A DNA stretch of 64,000 nucleotides from Bugula neritina. Lineage: Eukaryota; Animalia; Bryozoa. The notes under the pieces were generated by a model. The model searched no databases. It was not told where the DNA came from and saw only the letters and a program-made list of their open reading frames with translations. The position numbers and the translations under genes are program-made. Numbering within the stretch: the stretch's first letter is position 1; each line of letters opens with the position of its first letter. This document shows positions 37,301-49,200 of the stretch, piece by piece. The DNA lies in contig OZ037773.1 in NCBI GenBank assembly GCA_964035545.1, positions 3,749,751 to 3,813,750 of the forward strand. The letters run 5' to 3'.

Positions 37301-38384
37301 ATACCCTGACACAAGCAGAGGACCCTATTCTGTTTTTTACAACCAACTGCCAAAATTGTGTTCTCATTGACATGAAATTTTTTTAGTTTACACTGCGTGC
37401 ATCATACAAATACATACAGTATAAAACTATCTTGGTTGCATGTAAAATTTACCCAGAACATATGTTATGCATGACATGTACATTGTAGGTGCAAAAAGCC
37501 TACCTGCAGGCATATAATGTATAAGTATATAATAAGACTTACCTGCACAGTTTCTGATCTGCTGCCTAAATAGTAAGTGATTGTGCAGTTGACAGAAGTG
37601 TTGGTGTTGTACGGTACAATCAGCATCACAGGTTGGGGGGTGGGTCGGTTGTCCCCAAATGTAAATATAAACTCTCTGCAAAGAGAAGCAAATGACTATG
37701 TCAAAAACACAGACATGCAAATACTTTTCAAACATAATGTGTCCAAATTATGAAGTCATAATTGAGTATCAATTTCAAGCATGCTGTGATCGTTATAAAG
37801 AGGTGAAAGAAAAGCTTGCTTACAAGCCACTATTGGTGGCTATTTTTACTCTTTTTCTTTACAAGACAAATAGTTTTGGTAAAATTATGTGCTTAGACTA
37901 CGAACTGATGTGTTATATGCAGTTCCATAACTCTATGAGCTATAGCTATGAGCTATAACGAGTCTTATAGTTCTACATGCTACAACCATGGGCTATAACT
38001 ATGTGCTATAGTTTTATGTGCTATAACTATGTGCTATAGTTCTATGTGCTATAACCCATATATTCCATGACTCCATAACTTCAAATGCTTGTAACTACAT
38101 TAAAAATTCTCCTGCTATTAAAAAGGATCATGTTTAAATCTCAATCAAACCATAATTTACAACATGGAATGCAAATCTTGCAGTAATCAACCAAATAACA
38201 TATTTCTTTTCGAAGTAATATTTAGAGAGAGTTATTCTACCTTTATGTGACTCATGTTTACCATGACTCACCTGCCTGCATAGTTGGGAGCTTCTAGTCT
38301 GGGGTACATCTCACTGAACACGTTGGTAGTGTGAGCGAACAGAACCACACAAATGATCTCTAACGCAGATTGTAAGAATGTCAT
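28309..38384 (-). CDS. IgGFc-binding-protein N-terminal-domain membrane protein (signal peptide, IgGFc_binding domain, acidic DxDxDG motif, TM segment, short tail)
   Basis: Spliced: MTFLQSALEIICVVLFAHTTNVFS..NYAGR|EFIFTFGDN..|..KSIHLVAQQEVAVYGFS..|..EAMIALPKDVLGMEYVV..|..DIDLSGTVV..|..VAVASGN..DHMIEMLPPISRLGRTFIV..|..GDPFMCLVPAVIQF..|..DCDWLVDEELYDGEDNDGDGQIDED..|TM IVLVVGIAVVVVLLLLILLAY-RKKK|tail ending ..GWEKK*. About 14 exons. Confidence 0.85.
29545..29642 (+). mobile_element. 3' fragment of SINE family A
   Basis: AATAAGTCCTTAGCCTGA..GGGGTTTTCCCACAG..ACTATAAACTTGTGT matches the 3' half of the 30817 copy. Confidence 0.6.
30817..31045 (+). mobile_element. tRNA-derived SINE, family A copy 2
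   Basis: GGAGCAGCCATGGTC..GGTTAGAGCG..GGTTCGAACCC, followed by the shared body. Confidence 0.8.
31718..31778. repeat. Perfect 20-bp inverted repeat (hairpin) in an intron
   Basis: CTATTTAAACATGTCTGGGC-N21-GCCCAGACATGTTTAAATAG. Confidence 0.85.
34421..34525 (-). repeat. 30-bp degenerate repeat x4 copying the exon end plus donor site (CTGATTG|GT)
   Basis: ACCAATC recurs in the blocks starting at 34421, 34451, 34481 and 34511; the true donor is in the 34511 unit. Confidence 0.75.
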
Positions 38385-38754
38385 GTTTAAAATCTCCAGA
38401 ATTCAGAAGAGATACTAATGTTGGTCAAGAGTGAACAGCTACAAAGTATTTAACCTACAAAATTACTTTTAATATTAAGTGATTTTATATTTCTACTGCT
38501 CATAGATTAAAAAAAACTTTTTTTATGAAAGTATATTTCAGTTTTTTTATTTACATGGAAAATTTGTAACATTAATGGCCTATAGGAATTATTAAACTTA
38601 TTAAATGAGTCACACAACAGCCTATAATATTATTTACTCACCCAATTTCATGCAAGCACCACCCTTATTTCCAGTGTACTTTTGCATGCATACCTACTGT
38701 GTTTATATTTATAGCAGATTACACTACATTCTGGTTAAATAGTGGCACACCAGT

Positions 38755-38832
38755 TTGCATTCTGATTGGATAGTAGCACACCATTCTGCATTCTGATTGG
38801 ATAGTAGCATAACATTCTGCATTCTGATTGCA
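38755..38832. repeat. 31-bp repeat x3 containing CTGATTG(G) (CCAAT-box-like) upstream of the IgGFc-gene start
   Basis: TCTGATTG at 38761, 38792 and 38823. Confidence 0.7.
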
Positions 38833-40250
38833 TAACAACCTGCAGGCTGCAGTACATCATGAATTCGCAGCTCAAGATGTTGGTTGCCCAGCACATGTTT
38901 TTGTTCTGACTGGTAAAAAAAGATGCACAAAAAAAGTTGGCAATTTGTAACTGTATAAGCTAATGGAGATATCATTTGTCTAGATCTATTACCAGTTGAT
39001 GAGCTGGTGTAGCAGAACTTGGCTAAGGTTTTGTTGCCTTACCACTAACTGTGTATATTATGCACTATTAGTACTATTATCACCAATATATACTATTAGT
39101 ACTATTACCATCAATATATACTATTAGTACTATTACCATCAACTGTGTATATATTATATGTACTATATTACCATCAACTGTGTGTATATTATATATAATA
39201 TATTACCATCAACTGTGTATATATTATATGTATATTGCTACCAACTGTGTATCTATGTACTATTATTCAGTACCATTACCACAAATTGTGTATACATAAT
39301 ATATGTTCTAATTATCACTACTACTAACAACCATGTGTATATATGCACTATTATTAAAAAAAGACTGATAACGAAATGGAGTGAATCTTTCTGATAAAAT
39401 ATCAGCTTGCATTGTTTAGAGTTCACACAGAAGGAAAAATGAATATTTTACAAGAGTTTAGTGTGCTAGTTTGACTCACTAAAAATCTCGACTCAAGACT
39501 TAATGGCGCCGAATAGATTACGTCTGATTGGTAGTTCATGGTTTAAACTGGGTGGGGAATGTTAGAGCTTTGCTAAGTAGGATGAGCAATTGGAAATTCC
39601 AAGTTTTACAACACAAAGCCTTTTAAAACCTACACATGACTGAAAAAGCAGCTATAATTCCAATGTTGATGACAAATTCAGAACACAACTTGACATATTA
39701 AATTATTTTATATTGAAATCAATAAGTAGTATATGGTATTTGATATAGACGTCAGAGATTTGTATTTCGTAGAGTGTATATACAGTGTATATGATAAGGT
39801 AAATGACTACAGCTGCTGTATAGCATACATATAAAGAATTATACTGTTACAAAGATATAATTTGATTTATAAAATCGATATCATAAAAAAACCAATTTTG
39901 ACAAAACAAGAGCCTAGAAACAAATAAAAGTTAATTGCATATAAATTATTACGTGTCTGTCATGCTGAAAAATCACCAAAGAAAATATTAATTGTCCTGG
40001 AATGTTAACATGTCTCAAAAAATTTGAATATAAAAAAACTCAAGAAATCTAAAAGCTGTAAAATACCACAATTGCTGACAGCTTGTAAACTCAAACCTAA
40101 CGCAGAGATCGCTTAAAACGAAATGTAGTTGATTGAAGGAAATGTTGAAAATATAATTTTAAATTTGGTATGCAAAATAGAATCCCTCGGTGAACTTGCA
40201 GCAAGCACAGAAAAGTTGCCACAAGACGGAGTAAACGTCTGACACAGGAT

Positions 40251-43200
40251 TCAGAAGTCTGTTTCCACAGGTGGGCCACGCTGGTCCCAGTCTTCTGTCA
40301 CCTCACTCATTGCATCAATGTCAGTTTCTGGGGGCAAGCGCCCTTCTCCAAATCTACCTGGGGGAAACCTCTCGTACTGCTCGTTTACACTGTTCTGATG
40401 ATGGTACACCCTCGGCGAGGAGACATCCGAGTCATACCCAGTGTTAATATCTCTGACAAGAGGGGACGGGTGGTAGGGGTGCCGGTAGCCAGCCTGAGGT
40501 GCGGGTGAAGTTCTCGGTCTATATAGCGGAGTTCTGTCAGCCTGATCCTCTGAGTACGTGGAGTCAAGGTCAGTGTCGAGGGGCTTCTTCTCGTCTGAGT
40601 ATTGACGGTGGTGGTCGTAGGGCCGGTAGCTGAGTGGCGGCTTACTCACACTGTAGTCTGTGTCGAATGAGTCCACTGACTTGGTGTCCATGGTGCTCAG
40701 GCTATCCAGCTTCCCCTCTCTAGGGTAGTACTGCGAGACGGGGCGCTGACGGGGCTGCGGCAGCGCGTCCCCTCTAGTGGCGGTGTTGTAGCTGGGCGGC
40801 AACTGCTCCGTGCTGTATTTTGGTGGAATGGGAAAGTTTGGCACTGATCCAGAGCGACTGGACGCAGACGGCTGCCGCGTGGTGGGCGGAGCCGGGCGAC
40901 TCGGTCGCTTTTGACTGTAAAGCTGCCTCCTCTTCAGCTCCGCTAGATCCATGGCAGGTTGGTAAGCCTGTGGCTCTGGTTCTGACGGTGGGGGTGGTCT
41001 CTGTAGCCGCCCCGTGTTGATGTAAGCGTGGTCATCGGCGTCACCGCTAGCTGTGACACCCCGAGAGGCTGGCTGGACGGCGCCAGGGCGGAAGTCCTCA
41101 TTAGTTGGCTGCCGGGGGGAGGAGAGGGTGTGTTTGGGGGAGGAGTGGTCAGTGCTGTAACCTTCATTACTGTAATCCACCCTGACCGGCGCCGTTGGTC
41201 TGTATCTGCTGTAGGAGACACCCGGCTCGACTGTAGACTGAGCACCCCGTGCTGCTATTACGGGTGGGGCTTGTGACGGCCCTGCCTCATGGCGTACTGT
41301 TTGAGAGTTTTCCTGATTCGTCACAGGATCGTAAGCTCTCATTGGACGGGAGATGTCGCTGAGGTCATCTCTGGAGCCTCTTCTTGAACTGTCCACAGAT
41401 CCAGCGTAACCTAGCAACAGACAAATATTAAAAATATGCTGTTTGTAAACTGGCAACTTGCCATATTTCCAAGCTAATGATTTTTATAATCTTGCAACAA
41501 AAGAATTACCACTCTACATCAAGCAGTGTTATCAGAACGAAGGAGGTTGTAGGAAAGAATAACATAAATTAACATGCCACATAACCCACATGGTTGATAG
41601 CCTATGGTCTAGGTAAACATGCAGAAGCGAGAGTAATCACAGTCTATAAACAAGTAAAAACTAAATGAAGGGTTTGCAGCTTGCCTAGAAGAGCAGCCAA
41701 ACTACACAATCACGAAGCTGTATAATGTTGGAGATCCTGTGATATCTAGCCGAGAGTATATAATTGCAGTGAATATACATTAGATTAGTACAGAGACAAT
41801 GGAAAACTAGCCGGTGAATCAACCACAGAGACGAAAGTGTAACAGTTAAAAGGAGTCTAGGATTTTTAGCCAAAGAGACCAGAAACAAGAATCACAGGTG
41901 GTGCAGCTGTAACTAATACCTTTTGGTGTTTTTGCAACAGACTTTACTGAAGCAGTAAGGGGGATATTTTCAGCCCCCACCTCACTATCAGTATCATCTG
42001 TAGAACCTGCCAATCAGAATGTAGGAACTTAAGCTAAAATCTGACAAAGTTGCGAGATTAGCAAATACTTGGGCCAGATGTACCTGATAGGAGGCTCAGA
42101 GTTTTGGGAAGTTGTCTTCCCAACATAGAAAATTAGAAGGAAATTATTTGTTGTGCAAATAATCAATGGAGAAGAAATAAAGCAACAACATTTGGCCACG
42201 GACTTCATTATCATAAGATTTTGAGCTGATAACCCAAAATGTGTTGGAAGAAAAATTAAACTTAATGTTTTTGGCGGCCAGTCTTGTATTCATCAACTCA
42301 CTGCAGAAGGATGCAGATGTAAACAAATGACGAGAGACGCACAGACAGACAACATAGCCACTTACCCGTGCTGGTGTAGCCGTTCTTCTGAGTCATTACA
42401 GTTTCGCTGTCGTCTGCATCAAAGTCAGCGTCCGTCTCGCCGACAGTGAAGTCTGTGAGAGCGACGGAATGAGTCATATCTCGCGTTGTGTTGCGACCTC
42501 TTGCCATTGGCCGATTAGCCAAGGCATCTGGAGAAAAGAGGAAGTAAATGTTTACTAAACTATTTCCGACACTATAGTAAGAAGATTACCTTCAAAATAT
42601 CTGTTAAGTTTCATCAAATTTTTAGAAGTTAGAAATCAAAATATTAGGAAAAGAGAGAAGGCAGTAGCATGTGCATTAGATTCAAATTTTTATCATTTAA
42701 AGATACCATTTATAATTATTTATCAAATTTTTTTCACCCTCGATTTAAAACAAAGCAAACAGAGCAGAACTAATTTCTTACTTCGAGATCCGTAGAGAGA
42801 GGAGGCAAGGTTGGTCTGGCTGCCCTGAGTGAGGGCGCCGTTGTTTATGGCGTATTTGTTGCTTCTGATGGATGAGCGAAGAGAGGCGCGACGCTCAAAC
42901 CGCTGCTCCTTGCGCACCTTAGCCTTGCAGAACCACATGATGACGAAGATGGCTGCGAGGAGCAGCAGGAACCCCCCAACTCCGAGCATCACCCACAGCA
43001 CGAGTAGGTCAGGGTCTGCTGGCACTGCGCCAATTTGATCTGAAACACAAATTTGTATTATTATATAAACACTGAGTATTGTATCTGTTTTGAATGATAC
43101 ATATTGCAACAATTATTGTCCTGCAGACGGTTCTATGACACACTATGACACTGCTTGGTGATACTTTCATGACACTTTGGTGATGTCACAGAGGGCATCT

Positions 43201-46200
43201 GCTGGACGATGCTTTTATGACACTTTGTGATGTCACAGAAAGCACCTGCTCGGAGATGCTTTTATGACACTTTGTGATGTCACAGAGAGCACCTGCTTAG
43301 AGATGCTTTCTTAACACTTCTGTGATGCCAAAGAGAGCACATGCCTGAAGATGACTTGCATGTCAATCCCTATTGCAATGGAGTAGGCTGGAAAAATGAT
43401 CAGCTCATCATAACAGATAAGCAGCATGTAATTAATTTAGTGTAAAAGTGCTACGTGACAATGCCGAATCACAAGGACTCATCTTATCAGTGGAGTTATA
43501 AGGGGAACTGTTAAATGACAACATATCATTGAGAGAGAATTAATGTTTATAACTCCATTGATGATTGAATTTAATGAAAGTTTCACAAAAGAGCACCTGC
43601 TTAATGATGACTGAATAGAATGACTCACCAGATTCACATACAAATGGCAGCCTGTCAGCACAGTCTGCCTCATCATATCTGCTGTCTATAACGACAGAGC
43701 ACTTGTCCTTTGGTCTCAGTTTCTCCGGCTCATCTACCCAGGCCCTCACCTGCTCACTGTAGTCCTGTAACATCAACACACCATACAGATAAACTGTCTA
43801 GCAGCTTGGGCCAACATGTCTTCACATTGCAATCTAAAGACGGCCTGAATAATTCTTATGTTACAAACACTTTTTCTTTGTTTAGTATTTTATGGATTCA
43901 GCAACTTTTTGTTGCGAATAAAATTTATTCTATTCTCAGCTAAGCATACAGTTATTTAATTTTGAAACATTTTTATAAAATTCCAGAAAATGAGAGACAA
44001 ATCGTATCACAATACCTATATTATATAATTTATGATATTGAAATAATAATTTTATACTAAGTAGAGAGCTGAGCTGTTTACTCCACACTAAGTAGAGAGC
44101 TGTAGTTGTCTCCTCTACACTAAGTAGAGAGCTGTAGTTGTCTCCTCTACACTAAGTGCAGAGCTGAGCTGTTTATTCTACACTAAGTAGAGAGTTGCAG
44201 TTGTCTACTCAATACTAAGTAAAGAGTTGCAGTTGTCTACTCAATTTGACTGAAGCTGACACAAACAAGTACCTGCTGAGTTGACTTGACAACTTCTCCA
44301 ATCTCCACCCAGAACTGGTTGTAAGGCTGTGCGATGGTGGACTTCTCCAGGGCACACAGCGCTTCAGCCTCCTCATAGGTCGCAATACCACCAAAATATT
44401 TGTAACACTTCTGGCTATTGGTCAGTTGCCAGCCAACCAGGCAATACCCTACAATGAAGCAGATAACCACAACTGCAATAATAGAAAATTCTAGTGCTAG
44501 AATGAAGTCTGTGTGGTTGAAGATTAGACTGTGTTCTATCAGTTAGCTCTAAAGCCGATCTTATCTCAAGTCTAAGACACAGTCAACAAGAAATGATTTA
44601 TCACTGACATATTAAAAAGATAGTCATAGTTTGATATATCTAAAAGTGCTACCATGAATAGTAAATGCAACAGAATTGTAAGCTCTACAAAAGACGAGCC
44701 AAAATTTTAGAGTAGCAAACCGTACGCATGAGGGACACACATGTAGCCGCATATTATATCTGTGCCATACGACAGTCAGCTGCATGAACAGGTGAAGTCA
44801 GCGTACCTGTCTCAAAGGAGCCTTCCATCTGGGGTAGTGAGATATTGTCTGCGTAGAAGCCGTCGTAGTTAATCATACTGAGGTTGGTGTCGTCCCGGTA
44901 GTCGTGCATGCGTGACTGGATTATCTCCTCCGTATTGTCTACGCCTATCTTGTGCCCCCAGTAGTTGTACATTGCATCCACCCTCATCGTAGGGTCTCTG
45001 AACGGCTTCTCGCTGGGCCTGTTGACAAACACTTGCCCATCAAAACTAGTAAACTTATTTGGAAAGACTTCAGAAAAGCTTTTCAATTAGCATCTAGCTT
45101 GAAGTATTGTATGTTACAAGTCGAGTTAGAACTGCTGATCATTTATCAGCTCTGACAACAAATATTTTAAACCAAATTTTATATAAGATTGCTGGTTTAA
45201 ACAAATCTATAAATATACAACTGTTATACAATTTTATCCAGACTTGGTTTATTCTACTTCCTGAGTTAAATCTGATAGCTTATAAATATGCATTTTATTT
45301 AGTTTGCCTTAATATTAGTTTTCACATGACGGCCCAATGTAGCATACTAGCCAATTTTCTCACTCGCCATCAGATAATATCCATGTTACTGTACAAAGGG
45401 CTTCTAAGCAGAACTGTTGACTATGGTAATGATGACTATGACAGTGATATTCACGATGTTAGAGATGATGGTGATGTTAGAAATAATAATGATAATGATG
45501 GTGATGACGAAAACAAACCGTTGAGGATGATAATGATGGTGATGTTAAAGATAGTGAAGAAACCACTATAACATCAGAGCCAGTATGTAAACAGTAAACA
45601 CCAGAAGGTAATGTGGTAACCACTTACCCTGTTCTGTTGTGAGTGGACATCTCAAAGTAGAAGCTATTCTCAAACCAGTTGTTGTGAATCTGTTTGCTGG
45701 TGTAGTGTCCGGCAGAGTAGAGCATTGTGTTATTCCCTCCGTGCTGGGATTGCTAGAGATATGAGTTAAACGAGTTGAAATACAACTAAACAGGAGGACT
45801 ATCAAGAAAACTAAAGTTTAAGTAATCTTAATAAAACCAGACTATTAGAAGAAGTATATATTGGTTGAAATGAACACAATGGATGAGCAGGTAATTGGGC
45901 TAAAACTCTATTTTCACCTCACTTTTAGCTTGGAACATTCAGCATCTTATTTTAAATTTAATTAAAGAGAACCGCTTGGACATGATGCAAAACTAATTCC
46001 AGGAAAAACTTGATCTCATTTAAAAAGTTTAAAAACTCTGTTATTTGTAAAATATAAGTGCTGGTAAAAAAGCCAAAACATAACCTAAACATAAACATTT
46101 TGAAGGAGAACTTGATTTCACCTGAAACTTGTCGCCGGGGTAGTTTGAGTAAAACTGGTTGTATTCTACAATCTGTTTAGAGGAAGTGATGTCATTAGTA

Positions 46201-49200
46201 GACCAGAGATCTAAGCCATGGGCTCCCTTGTTTCTAAACACAGTATTACCTAGCAACAGAACACAACGCAAACTATATTGCCAGCTAGCCTCATTGTTGA
46301 GTAGCGACATGAATATACACTAGAGATAGTGTTACTTATGTACATGAGACAGCGTTATTTAGTAATAGAGAAATAATAATATGTTGTCATCTAGCAACTA
46401 CAGTAGATATAATGTGTGACCCAACAACTACCAGCCCAAGTAGAATGTTACTTTGTGAATGAGTGTTGCAGAGGGGCAACATTATAGCACTGAGAAATGT
46501 ACAAAAGAAACAACAAACAACACAATGAAAGATAAGCTGTGCTCTGACCATTTTAATCTGCATTAGAACTTAGACTGAGTGAGAAACACACTAACCGGTT
46601 ACGTTGACTATGACGTCCCGCAGATCTACAGTGTTGAGGTTCTCCACTACGTTATCAACAACGTAGTTGAAGAGAATCTTCAGCTTCTGGAAGAAGTTGC
46701 CGTAGACTCTCAGAGCCTCTCCGTTTATAGTTTTATGGAATATGTTGTTAGATATGTTACCTCTGTCAACTTGGGATGAATCTGCGTACATAGAGAAGAC
46801 AACTTTTATAAAAGCAGACACATAGAGGCAACAACTCCTAAATGTGTGTTTTTATACAAATAGACACAAAGATGCCATAACTCTTAAATATGTGTGGTGA
46901 ACTGAAAGTGTCAATATAATAGTAAGTTTGCCATTCTGTCTGAGATGGCGTTAACCGATAAACCAATCAATGACGAGTATCATAACGACAGCTTACCCAC
47001 GTCAGCGTTCAACCACACAGTGCAGCTGCCATTGTTCTCCCCAAACATGTTGTTACTCACACTCAGAGCATCCACGTTCTGCGCCTCAAGCAGCACATTC
47101 TCCGAGGAGGTCAAGTTTAGAATGTCAAGGCCGTTCATTTTAAAGACATTTCCTGTCAAGCATAAGCATCTCAGAGTAGAGTGAACGTGTACTAGAGGTT
47201 AGTTGCTGAGTTATCTATCAGTAATACTTGAAAGAGATCATACCTGTCACAACAATACCAGGGTTCTTCTCGCCAACTGTGGAAAAGCGAAGTGCACCTC
47301 CCGCATTCTTGTGAAACTTGTTACCAATGATCTTGTGAACTCCTTCGGCAACTGTAAGCAGAACTCTCAGCGTGAGAAAGTCTAGTCTAACTAAGTTAAC
47401 TTTTACGATCGAATATAGTAAAAGTATTGTCTGATATACAACATAATATAGTAAAAGTATTGTCTGATATACTCCATAATATAGTAAAACTTGTTCCTGA
47501 TACTCCATAGTGATACCTTCGAACCAAATTGAACTTCTCTGACTCATGATCAGTAGATTAAAATATTCTAAAATTTTGGGCTTTCTGACTTATTCTAAAA
47601 CGTTTTTATGGCAATAGATGTTAAGACGAAAATAAAGCATCTATCAAAAATATGTTCAATTTAGCATAGCAGAAGAATTATGTAACTAGTGCTATCAACA
47701 TAGCAGACTGTGAGAGAGAAAGCAAACTGTTAGACAATATTATGCAGGAAACATACCAGCGTAGCTACTAGAACTAGGAGTTATCTCCGCAATGAAGCCG
47801 TGAGCGCCCCCTGCTGGACTGGCATGCAGGTGAAGTCCCATCATAAACTGTGGCTGATCCTGTTGAAACTCCACATCAAAGTATTCAGTTGTTGTATAGA
47901 GTTTGTTCTAAAACAGGGGAACACAATGCAGGTACACAGGCTAAATTAATTACAGCATATCAAACTATTCAACAGCCCTCTGAGATTAGCTTTAGGTTTA
48001 TATATGAGTATAGGCACTAAGTGGCAGGTCTCAGGCTATGTAATACTAGCTTCAGGTACACAAACGAGTAAGGGTGCCTACCAGTCCACCTGACTTTGCT
48101 CTTATATCTTTTATGAGCGCGCTGTCAACAAAGTCCGGGCCATCGAATATCTCCAGAGAGTTTCTGCTGAAGTCATCATGGAAGAGGTTAACCTACAATC
48201 GACAGATTAACCGGGTAATACATTATGCATGCATGGAGCGTGGGGCAATCACCCCATGAGAATACAACATCTGTGTTACCCAGTACACAGTCTACATTGT
48301 ACATCAAAGGGCGACCATGCTGATCCATTAGTTATAGCGTAGTCTGAACATCTGAGTGTTGAAAGTTACCATAGAAACTACACGTACTAAGAACTCAGGA
48401 GTTATCTTCTATTACACATACTTATGTAACACAATGTTTGAATAGACTCATACGTATAGACAAGACTTCAGGTGCATTGTGGGATAACACAACGCAAAGC
48501 ATGGATGACTCATACAACTATATCATTCTGCAGCAAGTAAATCAGGTGTCACCTGCAGAAAACGGATGTGAACTTTAGTCTTCTGCACACTGCGGAAGAC
48601 CTTGACACAGTTGACAATGTCGTCAAAGTTGTACTTGTAGTAGACGAGAACACGACGTCGCACGTCTATCACCTTTCGGGCGTCGCAGATATTAATCATG
48701 CCGTACACATCGTAGGGCACGCTGGACGAGTTGAGAGCTTTGAACGTAGAGTCTCCACTTCCTTTTCTTCCATTTAAAACTGAAAAACAAAATGCAGCTA
48801 CTTAGCAACAAGGTGGTATAACAAAACTATTCCACTAGTGAATTGTGACATCTCTTTCTCTCTGCAATGCTGGAATATAAAAGTTCTTCTGCTGTTCTGT
48901 TAGTTTATTATTGATCTTCTGCATATCAATGAGTTATTAACTTATTAATTGCTTACCAAAATAGTGTTTAGTTTGCTGTAAAACTATATATGGTAAGAAA
49001 ACTCAAGTGTCAATAAAATACGATGCAACCTCACATAATGCACCACAAGACATCTTAGCCTGTCTATATTGTGAAAGATGTTCTCTGATCACTTTATAAA
49101 AAGTAAAACTTAATTTTTCAGACAAAAAATGGGCCGACAAATAGTAGTTGAGTAAAAATAGCGATAACTGAAATACTGTGGAAATACAAATCATAACTTT

